From: Hyaloraphidium curvatum SAG 235-1
Lineage: Eukaryota; Fungi; Monoblepharomycota
DNA: 64,000 nucleotides
Direction: 5' to 3'
Assembly (NCBI GenBank): GCA_025558095.1
Contig: JAIVFI010000030.1
Span: 62,001 to 126,000, forward strand
Made by a program: the position numbers and the translations under genes. Below the pieces are notes generated by a model. That model was given only the letters and a program-made list of their open reading frames with translations, was not told the DNA's origin and searched no databases. Shown here piece after piece: positions 12,088-23,969 of the stretch. Numbering within the stretch: the first letter of the stretch is position 1; every line of letters begins with the position of its first letter.

Positions 12088-13264
12088 ATGTCTCCCGCCA
12101 TCGCTGGTCGCCCCGACCTGCTCTCGCTCCCGCCGGAGCTCCTCGCCGACGTCGCGCGGCGCGTCGCCGCCGGCCCGGGACTCGCGCAGCTGCTCGAGTT
12201 CGGCCTCGCCCACCGCGTGCTGCTCGCCACCGCGGTCCCCGCGCTCTGCCGGGAAATCAACGTCGTGAAGAAGGATGTGCGGCTACTGCGGTCGTTGGCG
12301 CGGGCCTATGCCACGCCGGGGCTGTTTGAGAGCGTGCGGTCGCTTCGGGTCGTGGCGGTCGGCCAGAGCGAGGCCGAGAAGAGGGAGGCAGGACAATGTG
12401 TCGCTCGGCTCATGAGGAAGTGCTCCGGGCTCGTGGATCTTACTTTCGGGGTCAGGGCGGCGTTCGACTGGGCCCTGCTGCGCGAATCGAAGCTCACCTC
12501 CTTGGATATCTCGGTGGACGATTCGAAAATCCTCCGGGGCCTGTCGGGCAAATCTCGCCTTCCACCAACGCTCAAGAAGCTCGAAGTCTCGTGCTTCTTT
12601 GAGCCAAACCCTCCATTCTCCCTCAATCCCCTCTGGGAACTCGTCGAGCGACACGCGGAGCAGCTTGACGAGTTGTGGGTCGCGTTGGAATGCCGCCAAT
12701 CTTCCCGCCTGATTTGATTTCCCGCGTCGCAGGATCTTCGAACCCTTTCAGCCCGGGACATTCGACCTCGCCCCCTTCCCCCGCCTCGTCTCCAAGCTCT
12801 CTGTCCTGCGCACCTACTCGGACAATCAGTCCCTGCTCTCGGACCTCGCCCACCTTCCCCAGTTTCGGCCGCACACGCTGAAGCTCTGCGACGTTGATCA
12901 CGCCACGTGGGACGCGCTGGCCCGCATGCCCTCGCTCAGGCATCTCTGCATCCTCGACGACGGGACGCACTACTTTGCCTGGGGCCTGCCACCGAACTTG
13001 AAGTCCCTGGAGTTCATCCGCGCGCGGCCCGGGCTTTCGGAAGTCGACTTCGACGCGGCGCGCCTGGCGGCCAGGGGGCTGGACATGTGCTTCGTCGTCA
13101 CGGAGGACGATGAGGGGAACAGGCAGGGCGACAGGCTGTTCTTGTCCTTGGAGTGGGACATGCTGTGGGAGGACATGGACAACGTGGCTGCGGAGCTGTG
13201 GCCCAAGCGGTACATCGGAATCAGCTCTCGGCGGGGGGACTTGATCGGCAACCAAGTCGGTTGA
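12088..13264 (+). CDS. F-box-like/LRR-like protein, tandem paralog A
   Basis: N-terminal LLSLPPELLADVARRV; Leu-rich repeats; one intron at about 12675-12733; clear similarity to 13452-14659. Confidence 0.75.
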
Positions 13265-13451
13265 CGACCGGCCTGGCATTGCACAGCAGGCATAATGCGG
13301 TCGCCGAGAAACTTGAACAGAGATTGATCATCCAGTAGGCTTCTGATGCGTCTCGTCTCGTCTGCCGTGACCAAAGGCGTGGATCCGGCCGACGATTAGC
13401 ACGATCCGGCTCCGCCTCGGCCCTCGCCACATCTCAACACGTCCTCCAAAC

Positions 13452-14659
13452 ATGGACCCGCTAAACGCGCCGCTCCTCCTCTCGCTCCCGCCTGAGCTGC
13501 TCACCATGATCGTCCGACGCGTTGCCGTGCCGGGCTCGGCGCAACTGCTCGAACTCGGGCTCGCGTGCCGCGCCCTGTTGCCCGCGGTGGTCCCGCACTT
13601 CTGCCGCGAAGTTTTCCTCGGACAGTGCCCCGTGGGGCCCCTCCGGGCGCTTGCCCGGGCGCACGCCACGCCCCTGCTGTTCGAGAGCGTGCGCTCCCTG
13701 AAGTTCAGCATGCTCGAGGGCGCCGGCGTGGAACAGAAGGAGGCGGCAGTTTGCGCGGCGCGGATCCTGCGAAAGTGCCGGCAGCTGCGGGATTTGTTCT
13801 ACGGGATCAAGGCTCCCCTCGAGTGGGGCCTCGTGCGGGAGTCGTGCTTGGTCAGCCTAGAGCTGAACGTCGTGGACAAGAGCATGGTCCGCGGCATCTC
13901 GGCAAAGACGCGGCTGCCGCCGACGCTGCGGGTCATCATCATAACGACGAGCCTGGGTCGCCGGTCTTACTCCCTCGGAGCGGTCTGGGATCTGATCGAC
14001 CGGCACGCGGACCAGCTCGACGAGTGGTGGGGCGCGCTGCGGTCCGTCGCGCCACAAGGACACTCACCCGAAGGCGCTTCAGGTGGCTGCTTCCTTTCGA
14101 CGACGGCGACTTTTCCCTCTCCGCCTACCCCCGCGCGATCCGCAAGCTCGGGGTCGTCTACACCTTCTCCATCAACCAGCGCCTCCTCGCCCACCTCGTC
14201 TCCCTCCCCGACTTCCGCCCCCGCGAGCTCCGGCTGTGCGACCCCGACCGCGCCACGTGGGACGCCCTCGTGCGCCTCGATTCCCTGCGGGAGCTGTGGC
14301 TGGTGGACGACTCGACGCGGTGCCTCGGCTGGGGCCTGCCCCCCGGGGTCAAGAAGCTGGTCCTGGAGCGGGCCTGGCCCGGCATCCCCCTGAGCGAGCA
14401 CGAGGCAGCAAGGAGCGCGGTGCGGGGCGTCGACGTGGTTTTCGTCATCACCGTCGGGTCCGCGGGCGTCCCCGCGTACCGGGCGGAGGGGTGGCGGATG
14501 CTTTCGACGTACGAGTGGCGCACGTTGTGGCAGCGGATGGACAACGTCAGGGCGGTGATGCGGATGAAGCAGTTTATCGGCTGGAGCTCCAGGCCGCAGT
14601 GGATCCTGGACCGCGAGGAGTACTTCCCGGGCGGGCCGCTGGACATTGTCGACGGGTGA
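13452..14659 (+). CDS. F-box-like/LRR-like protein, tandem paralog B
   Basis: LLSLPPELLTMIVRRV. Shared blocks with paralog A: LFESVRSL, RLPPTL, ATWDAL, WGLPP, MDNV. One intron at the same position. Confidence 0.75.
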
Positions 14660-14972
14660 TTGAGTGCGTATCCTGCGGGCGTCGGAGGCCGAAGCGCCTC
14701 GATGCTGACGTGTGGGAAAGCCCGCGCATGATGTACAGCAATCCATATGATCCATCATCACCGTTGGGAAGACGCCTAAGGTCGTACTTGCCCGAAATTC
14801 GATTAGCACGACGCTCCAGCCTGTGCAAGCCGGCGCCGCACCGGGCGAGAGAACTTGCGGCGAGGCTTTCCGTCCGCAATCACGCGTGTGCGACCAGCAG
14901 GAACATCACCATAGCTCACTGCATTAGACAACGCAAATACGTAGATACGATACAACACGAAGCAGTCCCGCT

Positions 14973-16927
14973 TCACGAAGACTCGTCCGCCGTTCCCCTC
15001 GCCGTCCTCTCCGCATACCTGAACCCCGTCCCCGCCAGCGCGTCCACCCCGGCCCCCTCGAACCACGCCCTCCCCCTCCTCAGCGCCTTCTCCGCAGTCC
15101 ACCGGCGGTGCGGGTTCCACGCCACCGTGCGCTCCAGCAGGCGCAGCAGGAACGCGTCCCGCGCGAGGTCGTACCGGTCGCCCGGCGGGGTGGAGGGGGT
15201 GCCGGGGTGGGCGGAGCGGCGGAAGGCGGCGATGTCGTCGAGGGAGTGGCGGGGGCTGGAAAGGGGGCGGTGAGGAGGGAGATCGGGCGGGGTGGGGGGA
15301 CGCACGTGAAGATGAGGTGCTCGACGTCCTCGAAGAAGGCCGTGTCGACGTACTCGGGCCAGTCCTCGACGGTGGGGCGGCCTAGGACCCCGCAGACGCG
15401 TCGCACGTGGTCCTTCTCGAACCTGTGGGTCGATGATCGAGATTGCGTCAACTCCGATCTGTGGGCAAGACGCCCCGCCACCGGACTCACCTGTAGCCCC
15501 ACGGATCCCTCCTCACCCGCACCCTCCTCACCTTCATCAAATCGATCTCCCCGTCCCCGGTCCCGAACGTGTCCTCCCCGGCGCCCGACACCGGGCTCCA
15601 CTCGTCCTCGCAGCACGCGTCGCACCAGCAGTCGTCGGGCGCGTCGGGGCCGAAGCACTCGCTGCCGCAGTCGCACACGGGGGACTTGACGGGGCGGCCG
15701 GGGAACAGCGGGCGGAGGAGGAGGAGCTCGGCGAGGAGGGTGCCGAAGGACCAGAGGTCCATGGCCGAGCCGTAGTCCTGGGCGGAAGGGGAAGGGAGGG
15801 TCAGCGGGAGCAAGACACGGCGTTAGCAGGGCAGCCGACCTTGAGGCCGAGGAAGTGCTCGGGGCAGCGGTACCAGAGCGACTGCACGAGGCCGTCTTTG
15901 TGGAGCGCGCGGACCTGGGAGCGGAAAGACCGTGAAGCGGCTAACGATCAACCGCTCGAGCCCAGGAACCCCACAGGATCCTGGAAGAACCGCGCCAGCC
16001 CAAAGTCGGCGACCTTGACCCTGCCCTGCGCCGACACGAGCACGTTGGCCGGCTTGATGTCGCGGTGGATGATCCAGTTGTCGTGGAGGTACTTGAGCGC
16101 CTGCAGCACCTGGAAAGCGATGGAGCGGACCGAGGTCATGGGGAGGAGAGTGTGGAAGCGGTCCTTGTGCAGCTCGATGAGGTACTGGGCATGACGGGTG
16201 AGGGAGGTGAGAATTAGCGTGGCAAGCACCCACGGCCAGGTCAAAGTCGAGGTGCTCGAAGATGAGGACGGTCTGGTGGGTGTCGGGCATGCTCTTGGCG
16301 GCGAGGAGGTTGACGATGTTGGGGTGCGAGCACTGGCGGAGGAGCTGATAGGGCAGAGGAGGCGATCAGTCACTGGTGCGAAGTCGGGTTGGAAGACGGG
16401 TTCTACCCCACCGCGATCTCGCGCAGCGTCCACTGCGGCAGGCCGACGGGCGCCTTGATGTTCTTGAAGGTCCTAGAGCGCTTGATCACCACCCGCAGCT
16501 CGCCGGGGACCATGTGCTTGCGCATGACCTCGGCGGGGATCAGGCCGCGCTCCACCACGCCGTAGGTGCCCGAGCCGAGCACGCCGTCGACGAGGATCTT
16601 TTCCAGCGGCACGCGGCGCACGGCGTCCCTGAGGCGCAGTCCGCGCTCGGTTTCGCGCGCGAGGGCGGCGCGGTCGATCGGCGGCGCGGGGCGCGCAAAG
16701 TACGGAGAGGTCGTGGACGCGCGCGGAGCGGCGGCGGCCACCGGAGCCGCGTGGCGCGCGTCGGCACGGGCGCGTTTCGCGGGCGGCGTGCGGCGCGCGG
16801 GGATGTACGCGGCGTCGTCGTCGGAGAGCGCGTCCGCGTCGGGCACCTCGGCGTCGCCCGCGGCGGGCGGCTCGGGCGACGGCGCGCCGCGCTTAAGGGC
16901 GCCGGGAGGGGCCGCGCGGGAGGACAT
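14973..16927 (-). CDS. Cyclin-dependent kinase, divergent CDK8/Srb10-like, multi-exon
   Basis: Motifs [66 protein letters not shown]; Cys/Asp-rich insert. Confidence 0.85.
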
Positions 16928-17153
16928 GGCGAGGGGCGAAGGGAGGAGGTGGTGTTGTTGAGTGATGACCTGGCGGTCTTCGCATGCATCAGCCCGCCCG
17001 CCGATCACCATCACCACTTCGCACGCAAAACATTCTCGGCCTAGATTTCAACGAATGAGCATGGTACAGTATCGGCAAGGTATCCTACGGTATCGCATTC
17101 CGGCCAGCGTCCATCCCCTGCCTCGGACACGTCCTTCCCTGCGGGGGCCCCCC

Positions 17154-18565
17154 TCACGGCAAGCTCGACCAGTCGATCGGCGTCTTGCCCTTCTGCACCA
17201 GGTACGCGTTGGCCTGCTTGAAGTGGTTGTTGCCCAGGAACCCGCGGTGCGCGGACAGCGGCGACGGGTGCGGCGACTGCAGCACGAGGTGCTTTTTCTG
17301 CTCACACCAGGGACCATTAGACATCGTCGGCGAGCCCTCCCGGCGGTCAACCCACCTTGTCGATGCGCGCGCCCTTCTTGCCCGCGAACGCGCCCCACAG
17401 CAGGAACACGACGCCCGCCATGCGCGCGTTGACGTGGTCGATGATGGCGTCTGTGAACCGCTCCCACCCGATGGCCTGGTGGCTGTTGGCCTGGCCCGCG
17501 CGCACACTCAGGGCAGCGTTGAGCAGCAGCACCCCTGGGGTACCGTGTGAGTCCGACGTAGGTGAAGCCGCCAGCGCCTCGGACGAGACCTACCCTGCAC
17601 CGCCCACCCCTCCAAACACCCGTGATTCGGCTTGACGAACTTGGCCTCCCCCTCCCCCGTCCCGTCGTACTCCTTCGCCAGCTCCTGGAACATGTTCGCC
17701 AGGCTCGGCGGGACCTGCACCCCCTTGCGCACCGAAAAGGCGAGGCCGTGCGCCTGGCCCGGGCCGTGGTACGGATCTGCCGAGGAATCAGCGCCGAAAC
17801 AAGACCTGTGGGATCCAAGGAACCCACCTTGGCCGAGGATGACCACCTTGACCCTGTCCAGCGGGCACTGCGTGAACGAATAGCGCGACTCGTCCGGGGG
17901 GAAGATCCGCTGCCCGGCCTTGTTCTCCTTGGCCAGGTACGCCTTGATCTGCACCGCACACCCGTCAGCCAACATGCCCGCCTTCCGGCCCGGGGGCTCC
18001 GAACCTCCTTGAAGTACGGCTTCCCCATCTCCTTCTCGAACGCGCGGAACCAGTCCGGCGCCATGCACGTGCGCTCCAGGTGCAGGTCGTCCTCCGCGGC
18101 CGGGTCGGGCGGGGTGCCGGGCCGGTCGGCAGGGATGGGTGCCGGGGCGGGGGAGGGCGCAGAGGGGCGGGCGGAGAAGTAGGACGCGATGCTGTTCTGC
18201 CGCTTGGCAGGGGGGCCAGCCGGAGCGGGCTTGGCCTGGAACGCGGGCGGCACGCGGAGAGACGCGTGACAGAGAGGAAATCGGAGGCCGTAAGCAGATA
18301 GCGAGGCGTGTGAAAGGTCCATCATGAGCTTCCAGTCCGCCGCACCGACGGACCGCCAGCTCACCTCCCCGTTGCCGGCCGAATCCCCCCTCACCGCTCC
18401 TCCATTCATTTCCCCCGTCGCATCTCCGCGGAAGCCGCCCCCGTTCCCCGCCTCGGGCTCCGGATCCGCGGCCCGCAGCCGTTTCGCCGGGCGCTCCCCC
18501 TCGGCCCCGCGCGGGGGAGGCGACGACAGCGGGCCCGGGTCGTCGGACGCGAGGCCGATCATCAT
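17154..18565 (-). CDS. UNG1: Uracil-DNA glycosylase, family 1, multi-exon
   Basis: Motifs [57 protein letters not shown]; PIP-box-like QNSIASYF in the N-terminal part. Confidence 0.95.
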
Positions 18566-19234
18566 GGAATTGCGGAGGCGGCTTTTCTGACGGAGGAAAG
18601 GTGGAAGGAGGGAGCAAGGAGGGATGCGAAGACGAATCGGAAGCCGGGGCGCAGGTCCCGGCGCCGGAGGGGGCCGCCTGGAGCGTCGTGCTAATCGAAT
18701 CTCGGGCGGATCCCAGCGCCGTCGGGCCGTCCAGGGCCACTCTGAATCAGCAAAAAGCTTTGTTAACAGTTCTTGATTGAAGTACCGCGAATCTTTGCCC
18801 CCTCGTTTGTCGTAAGGGGTCTCGGTCCAATCTCCCAAGCCAAGCGTCGTGCTAATCGTCCAGCATCACACGGCTCCGAATATGAGCACGCTTTGCAGCC
18901 CTGAACAAGCAGCCATCTCGATGCTGGTGTCGTTTCTAACCATTTCCGGTGGATCTGCTCTCTGCCGGAGGCAAGAAGCTGGAACGAACGCAACGTGCCC
19001 CTGCCTCCCGGAAGATCAGGCGTGTTCTGACCGGAGGTTAGCGCGATGATCTGATTGCTCGATTGCCTTTTGCTTGCTGTCTATGAATTTCCAAAGGCAT
19101 ACAGGGATCAGGAGGGCACATGTCGGTTTCCCGAAGCGGCCGAAAAGCCCCGCCGCGCGGATGCCGCACCGTCAGTGTTCCGCTCGGAAGCGAGGGTTTC
19201 TGAGGCAGCGAATGGTTGCGTTGCCTTCCCGACG

Positions 19235-19990
19235 ATGCTTGCCCTCTCCGCCATGGACCGCGCCGCCTCCTTCATCCCGCCCACGCCCGGCGCCGACACC
19301 CCGAGCTCCGAGGCCCGGTCGGTGCTCGTCTTCGACCCCGCCAAGGTCTCGTCGGTCCCGCCCGCGCACACCGCCCCGCACTCCAAGCTCAAGGTGCTCT
19401 TCATGCACGGCAAGGCCGGCTCGCCGGAGGACCACACGGCGTCGTACCTGCTCTCGCGATTCGACGCGCTCGTGCCCAGGATGCCGACTTCCGATCTGGA
19501 CCTTTCCTGCCGTTACCAAGAAAATGCTTTGAAGGAGTTTCAGCCGGACGTGGTGGTTGCCGAGAGTTTGGGAGCCTGGGTGTGCTGGAAGCTGATGGAA
19601 CGGGGGCTGTGGACCGGGGGAACGGTCTGGCTCGCGCCAGCGGTCGACAAGATCGAGCGCGACATCTACAAGCAGCGGGAACTGGGCGAGGCGAAGAAAG
19701 CCGTCATTCCGGAGGGGGTCAAGGGGCCCGTTGTCGTCGTCCACGGCTCGCGGGATGACGTCGTTCCGCTGGAAGACTCGAGGCACATCGTGGCGATCAG
19801 CGCGAGGCCGGGGAGGGATATCAAGCTCGTCGAGGTGGACGACGATCACTCCATGCGCATGGTGGTGGACTCGGACCAGCTCACCGAGTGGATCGAGTGG
19901 GTCAGCAAGGTGTCCGCCGGGCGGGACGGCGGAGGGCACGGCCGGACCTGGGAGGAGGAGCGGCAGCGGCGCTCTGCTCAGGAGGAGTGA
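19235..19990 (+). CDS. Small alpha/beta hydrolase (YqiA/UPF0227-like)
   Basis: FMHGKAGS, nucleophile elbow AESLGA, VHGSRDDVVP, DDDHS; intronless. Confidence 0.8.
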   Translation: MLALSAMDRAASFIPPTPGADTPSSEARSVLVFDPAKVSSVPPAHTAPHSKLKVLFMHGKAGSPEDHTASYLLSRFDALVPRMPTSDLDLSCRYQENALKEFQPDVVVAESLGAWVCWKLMERGLWTGGTVWLAPAVDKIERDIYKQRELGEAKKAVIPEGVKGPVVVVHGSRDDVVPLEDSRHIVAISARPGRDIKLVEVDDDHSMRMVVDSDQLTEWIEWVSKVSAGRDGGGHGRTWEEERQRRSAQEE

Positions 19991-20159
19991 GAGATCTTCC
20001 ATGGTTGATGTACATTGTCTTCGTTATCTCGGCTCCAGCTCAAACTCGAGTCCGTCTTTTGTTGGGATGGCTTCTTGCGTCCACCGATGACGGTGCGGAG
20101 TGCGCGACCTTCCACAACACACGCCAACTCGGCTACAAGGCTCCACCTGACGTGCTGCT

Positions 20160-20900
20160 ATGTTGTCTTCGGATTCAGAGCCCCGCATCCTCGTCATTGC
20201 AGCGGCCGAGTCGGACGCCGTCCGCTCCGCCGTCGCCTCCCGCTTCCCCTCGGCTTCCTTGCCTTCACTCCCCTCCGACCTCAACAGCGCCTCTTCCCAA
20301 GTCCTTGACCTGCTCCCGAAGGTGGACCCCGACGTCATCGTCGCGACCCGCTCCTCTGGAGCCGAGATCTGCACGCTCGCGGTGCGGAGGCTCGGCGAGT
20401 GGAAGCGGCTCGGGTTCTTGTGGGTCGGACTCGAGGCCAAGGAAGCTTCGCGAAGCATGGGCGTCGAATTCGAGGGCAACGAGCCTACCGTGGATCGGCA
20501 TGCGCGGGAGCGGGTCATCGGACCGACCATCGTCCTGACGACGAGCAAGAGGGGCGTGACTCCGGTTCCGACGCCAACCCCGCAGCCCGGAGAAGGAGGC
20601 ACGACCCAGGTCTCGTTTGCGGGGGTCAAGTCGGACTCGAAGCTGCTGCCCACCATGCACCCGACGGTGGAGATTCCCGGCGGCGACGAGCCGGCCGAGG
20701 CAGAGACGTCGATCGACGTCGAGAACCTCGAGGTCGAGCCCTCTTCCCCCACGATGCATGCTCCCAACCTCGTCAAGATCATGGAAATCGAGGACGCTTC
20801 GACCGTCAAGGAGGTGGAGGAGAAGGCCATTGAATCGGGAGAGCTGATGGGATGGATCGAATGGCTGGCGAAGGAGGTCCATAGGCAGCGCGGGAGCTAA
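20160..20900 (+). CDS. Divergent paralog of the upstream hydrolase, probably non-catalytic
   Basis: PDVIVATRSSGAEIC and ELMGWIEWLAK match PDVVVAESLGAWVC and QLTEWIEWVSK; catalytic Asp/His motifs absent; acidic insert. Confidence 0.6.
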   Translation: MLSSDSEPRILVIAAAESDAVRSAVASRFPSASLPSLPSDLNSASSQVLDLLPKVDPDVIVATRSSGAEICTLAVRRLGEWKRLGFLWVGLEAKEASRSMGVEFEGNEPTVDRHARERVIGPTIVLTTSKRGVTPVPTPTPQPGEGGTTQVSFAGVKSDSKLLPTMHPTVEIPGGDEPAEAETSIDVENLEVEPSSPTMHAPNLVKIMEIEDASTVKEVEEKAIESGELMGWIEWLAKEVHRQRGS

Positions 20901-21195
20901 ACGTGCAGCTGGACAGGGACTCACAACACCGACTCGCTCATTGCTTTGTGGCTTGGCCTTGCGGCGGAGCAACCTTCTTTGGAATCGTGATCGTCTCGGG
21001 GCGTTTCGCGCTGCGATCTTGGGGGAAGCACATGTCGTCGAGAGAAAATCGGATCGAAAGAATAGACGCGTCTTGATGATGAATCCATCCTTTCCGCAGC
21101 TTCCGCAAGCTGGTTGAGATTCTCGGCGAGCTCGATCTTCGGGGGGCCGAGCCTGCCGCACTCGCCGACCCGGTCCCAACACAAAGAGCGGCAAC

Positions 21196-22784
21196 ATGGC
21201 CTCGAACAAGTCGCAGCAGCTTCCTTACCCTATCATAGATGTACGTGCTAAGCACATCTCACCTGTTGCCGGCTCTCAAACCGCCCAATCGCGTTCCGTT
21301 GCCGCGGGAAACGCGTCTCTTCCGGAATGTCTCCCTCCCGCTCACGATGCCATCGGTCTTTGCGGCCCGCCCTCAAAAGTGCCACCACCATCTTTGGGAC
21401 CTCTCGGACCCCCACCGGAGCGAAAGTGGCCACTTCGACGGGAGCCGGGACTACGTCGCCAAGCATCTCCAACGCGACGTGGACACGGCGCGCGTGAAGC
21501 TCGCCGGGACCGTGTACCTTCAGTGCGGCTGGAAGGTGATCATCTTCTATGCCACGGTCTTGTTCCTGCCTCAACTGGGGTCTCCTCTGTTTGGTTCAGG
21601 GCGACCTCTGGGGCGAGACCGAATGGTGCCAGAAGGTCGCGAACGAGACCAACAACACCATCTGCACCGCCATCGTCGGAGAATGTGACCTGCTTCAACC
21701 TTACGATGTGCGCTCGGTCGCGGGGCACGACGGACCTGAGCTGACGGTCGCGCTGCAGGTCGTCGAGCGCGAGCTGAAGGAGCACATGCGGTTCCCCAAC
21801 TTCCGCGGCATCCGCTTCCTCATCGCCAACGATCCTCAGGGGCGGCCGCACACCCAGAGGTACCTGGACCCCAAGAAGCAGCCCAACGCGTACGAGGACC
21901 CGGTGCTGCAGAAGAACCTCGAGCTGTTCGGCAAGCTTGGCCTGAGCTACGACCTCTGGTGGGTGGATTCCTTATACTGCGGCTGGTGGTGCTGACGACT
22001 CTTCTTCATCAGGTGCTACTCTCACCAGTTGAAGTGAGTTCCATGGCGCCCCGCGCTTCCAGAAGAGCTCATCGTTGCCGTTTCCCAGGGGAGCCACGGC
22101 CCTGGTCCGCATGCACCCCAACGTCAACTTCGTGATGGACCACATGGGCACGCCCATCGAGATCGGCAAGAACAGGGAGACCGAGTACGCAAAGTGGCTC
22201 GCCGACTTCACCGAGCTGTCCAAGTGCCCGAACGTCTGCGCCAAGGTGTGTTCCTCGTTCCGCTGCATAGTCACAGACTTATTGTGCTCCAGGTTTCGGG
22301 TCTCATGGCTGTCCTCGGATTGGAGTGCGGCAGGAAACAGAGTGCCGAGTGGATTGCCAAGAGCGTCTTCGGAGACATGGTTCGCGACACCGTCCGTTTG
22401 TTCGGCCCCGAGCGCTGCATGTTCGGGTGAGTCGTCGTTCCTTTGCAGAAGGAGTCCCTCCTGATTGAACTGTTTGCTTCGCAGATCGAACTTCCCGGTG
22501 GCAAGTTTTCGGAGAGACGGATTGCGGCCCCGCTGGTGCTGATTCTCGCTCGAATCCACCGCAGGACAAGGCAGAAGCTTTCCTCGAGACGCTCATCGAG
22601 GCTTACCTGATCATTTTCCGAGGCATGGGCCTGTCCGAGGCGGACATTGAACAGGCAGGTTGCCGGACAAGTGTTCAGCGTGCATGGTGATGACGTACGC
22701 TGCCTTCCTCCACAGATCTTCCGGAAGACCGCTAGCCGCTTCTACCGCATCGGAGAGTATGCTCCGAAGGGAGGGAAGCTGTAG
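21196..22784 (+). CDS. Amidohydrolase-2 family protein (L-fuconolactonase-like), intron-rich
   Basis: Motifs IID.HHHLWD, GETEW, FRGIR, LSYDLWCYSHQL, DHMGTP, NVCAKVSGL, FGPERCMFGSNFPVD, FYRI; about 9 introns; ends GKL*. Confidence 0.85.
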
Positions 22785-22856
22785 CCTCGCAGACCAAATC
22801 AAATGATCTAAGGATGCGATGGAAGGCGCAATCCGTCTCCCACTCACTCCACCGCA

Positions 22857-23909
22857 ATGTCCGCCGAACCGCGCGTTTCCCAGATCGCCTCGCACCTCTC
22901 CAGCGGCCCGGCAGCCGCTTCTGATGGCCTGCCAACGCTGGAGCTGTCGCCGACGGGCGTGGCGACGATCACGCTCCGCGACTCGCGCCGGCGCAACCCG
23001 CTCGGCTTCGCGGTCCTCGAGAAGCTGGAGAAGCTCCTGCTCTCCCTGAACCCCTCCTGGAAGTACTCGCACGACTGGGTCGGGCTCGACGGGCTGCCCG
23101 ACGTGCCGACGGGGCGGGACCTGGACCGCGAGGGCGACTTTGGCGAGCGGCTCGGCAGGCTCGGCGTCAATCCCGCCGTCGGGGTCGTGGTCATCCGTGC
23201 CGAGGGCCCCATCTTCTCGTCGGGACACGACCTGAAGGAGTTTGTGAGGCCGGACCCGGAGTTCCAGGCGAAGCTGTTCGCGCAATGCCAGCGGACCATG
23301 CTGCTCGTCCGCCGGCTTCCCCAGCCGGTGATTGCCGTGCTGGACAAGGACCAGAGGGTCACCGCGGCGGGTTTGCAGCTCGTTTCCATGTGCGGTAAGT
23401 TGGCGGAGGTCTCTCGTGCTCCTCAAACTGCTCACTTCTCGCAGACATGATCCTCGCGCATAGTTCCTCCTTCTTTCAATACTCGGGCGTCAACATCCGG
23501 ATGTGGTGCACGACTCCCCAGGTAATGGGCTGCCATTCCCGCCCCTTCCGCCAACTAATCTTCGCCTTGGCAGATTCCCAACGCCCATCCGTCGCGCTCC
23601 GTCGCGGCCTCGTACACGCTGAAGCTCCTCCTCACCGGCGAATGGTCCCCTGCGCGGGAGGCCAAGGAAGCAGGCCTGGTCTCCGAGGTCTTCGAGGACC
23701 CCGCCCGGGTGACGGAGATCGTCGAGGCGCTGGCTTCGCGGAACCGCGAGGCCGTCGTGCTTGGCAAGTGGTCCTTCTGGAAGGTCAACGGCGGTGCGGG
23801 CAAGGAGTTCGAGGCGCAGTTTTCGGAGATCACCAAGCTGGTGCTCAACATGCAGAAGATGAACTCCGTCAAGGCGGGCTCGCAGGCGTTCTTGGACAAA
23901 AAGAAGTGA
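22857..23909 (+). CDS. Enoyl-CoA hydratase/isomerase (ECHDC3-like) with PTS2-like motif
   Basis: Motifs RRNPL, FSSGHDLKE, LPQPVIA, TAAGLQLV, CTTP, AREAKEAGLVS, AFLDKK; N-terminal RVSQIASHL. Confidence 0.85.
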
Positions 23910-23969
23910 AGAGCGGCAAGCGTCAATGCGCAGTCCCAGTATTGTGGTAGTCGTCAATACAGTTTGCCC

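Noticed and set aside
15487-15560. Apparent frameshift in the CDK gene
   Set aside because: Resolved by a GTGAGT...CAG intron giving DPWGYR/FEKD.
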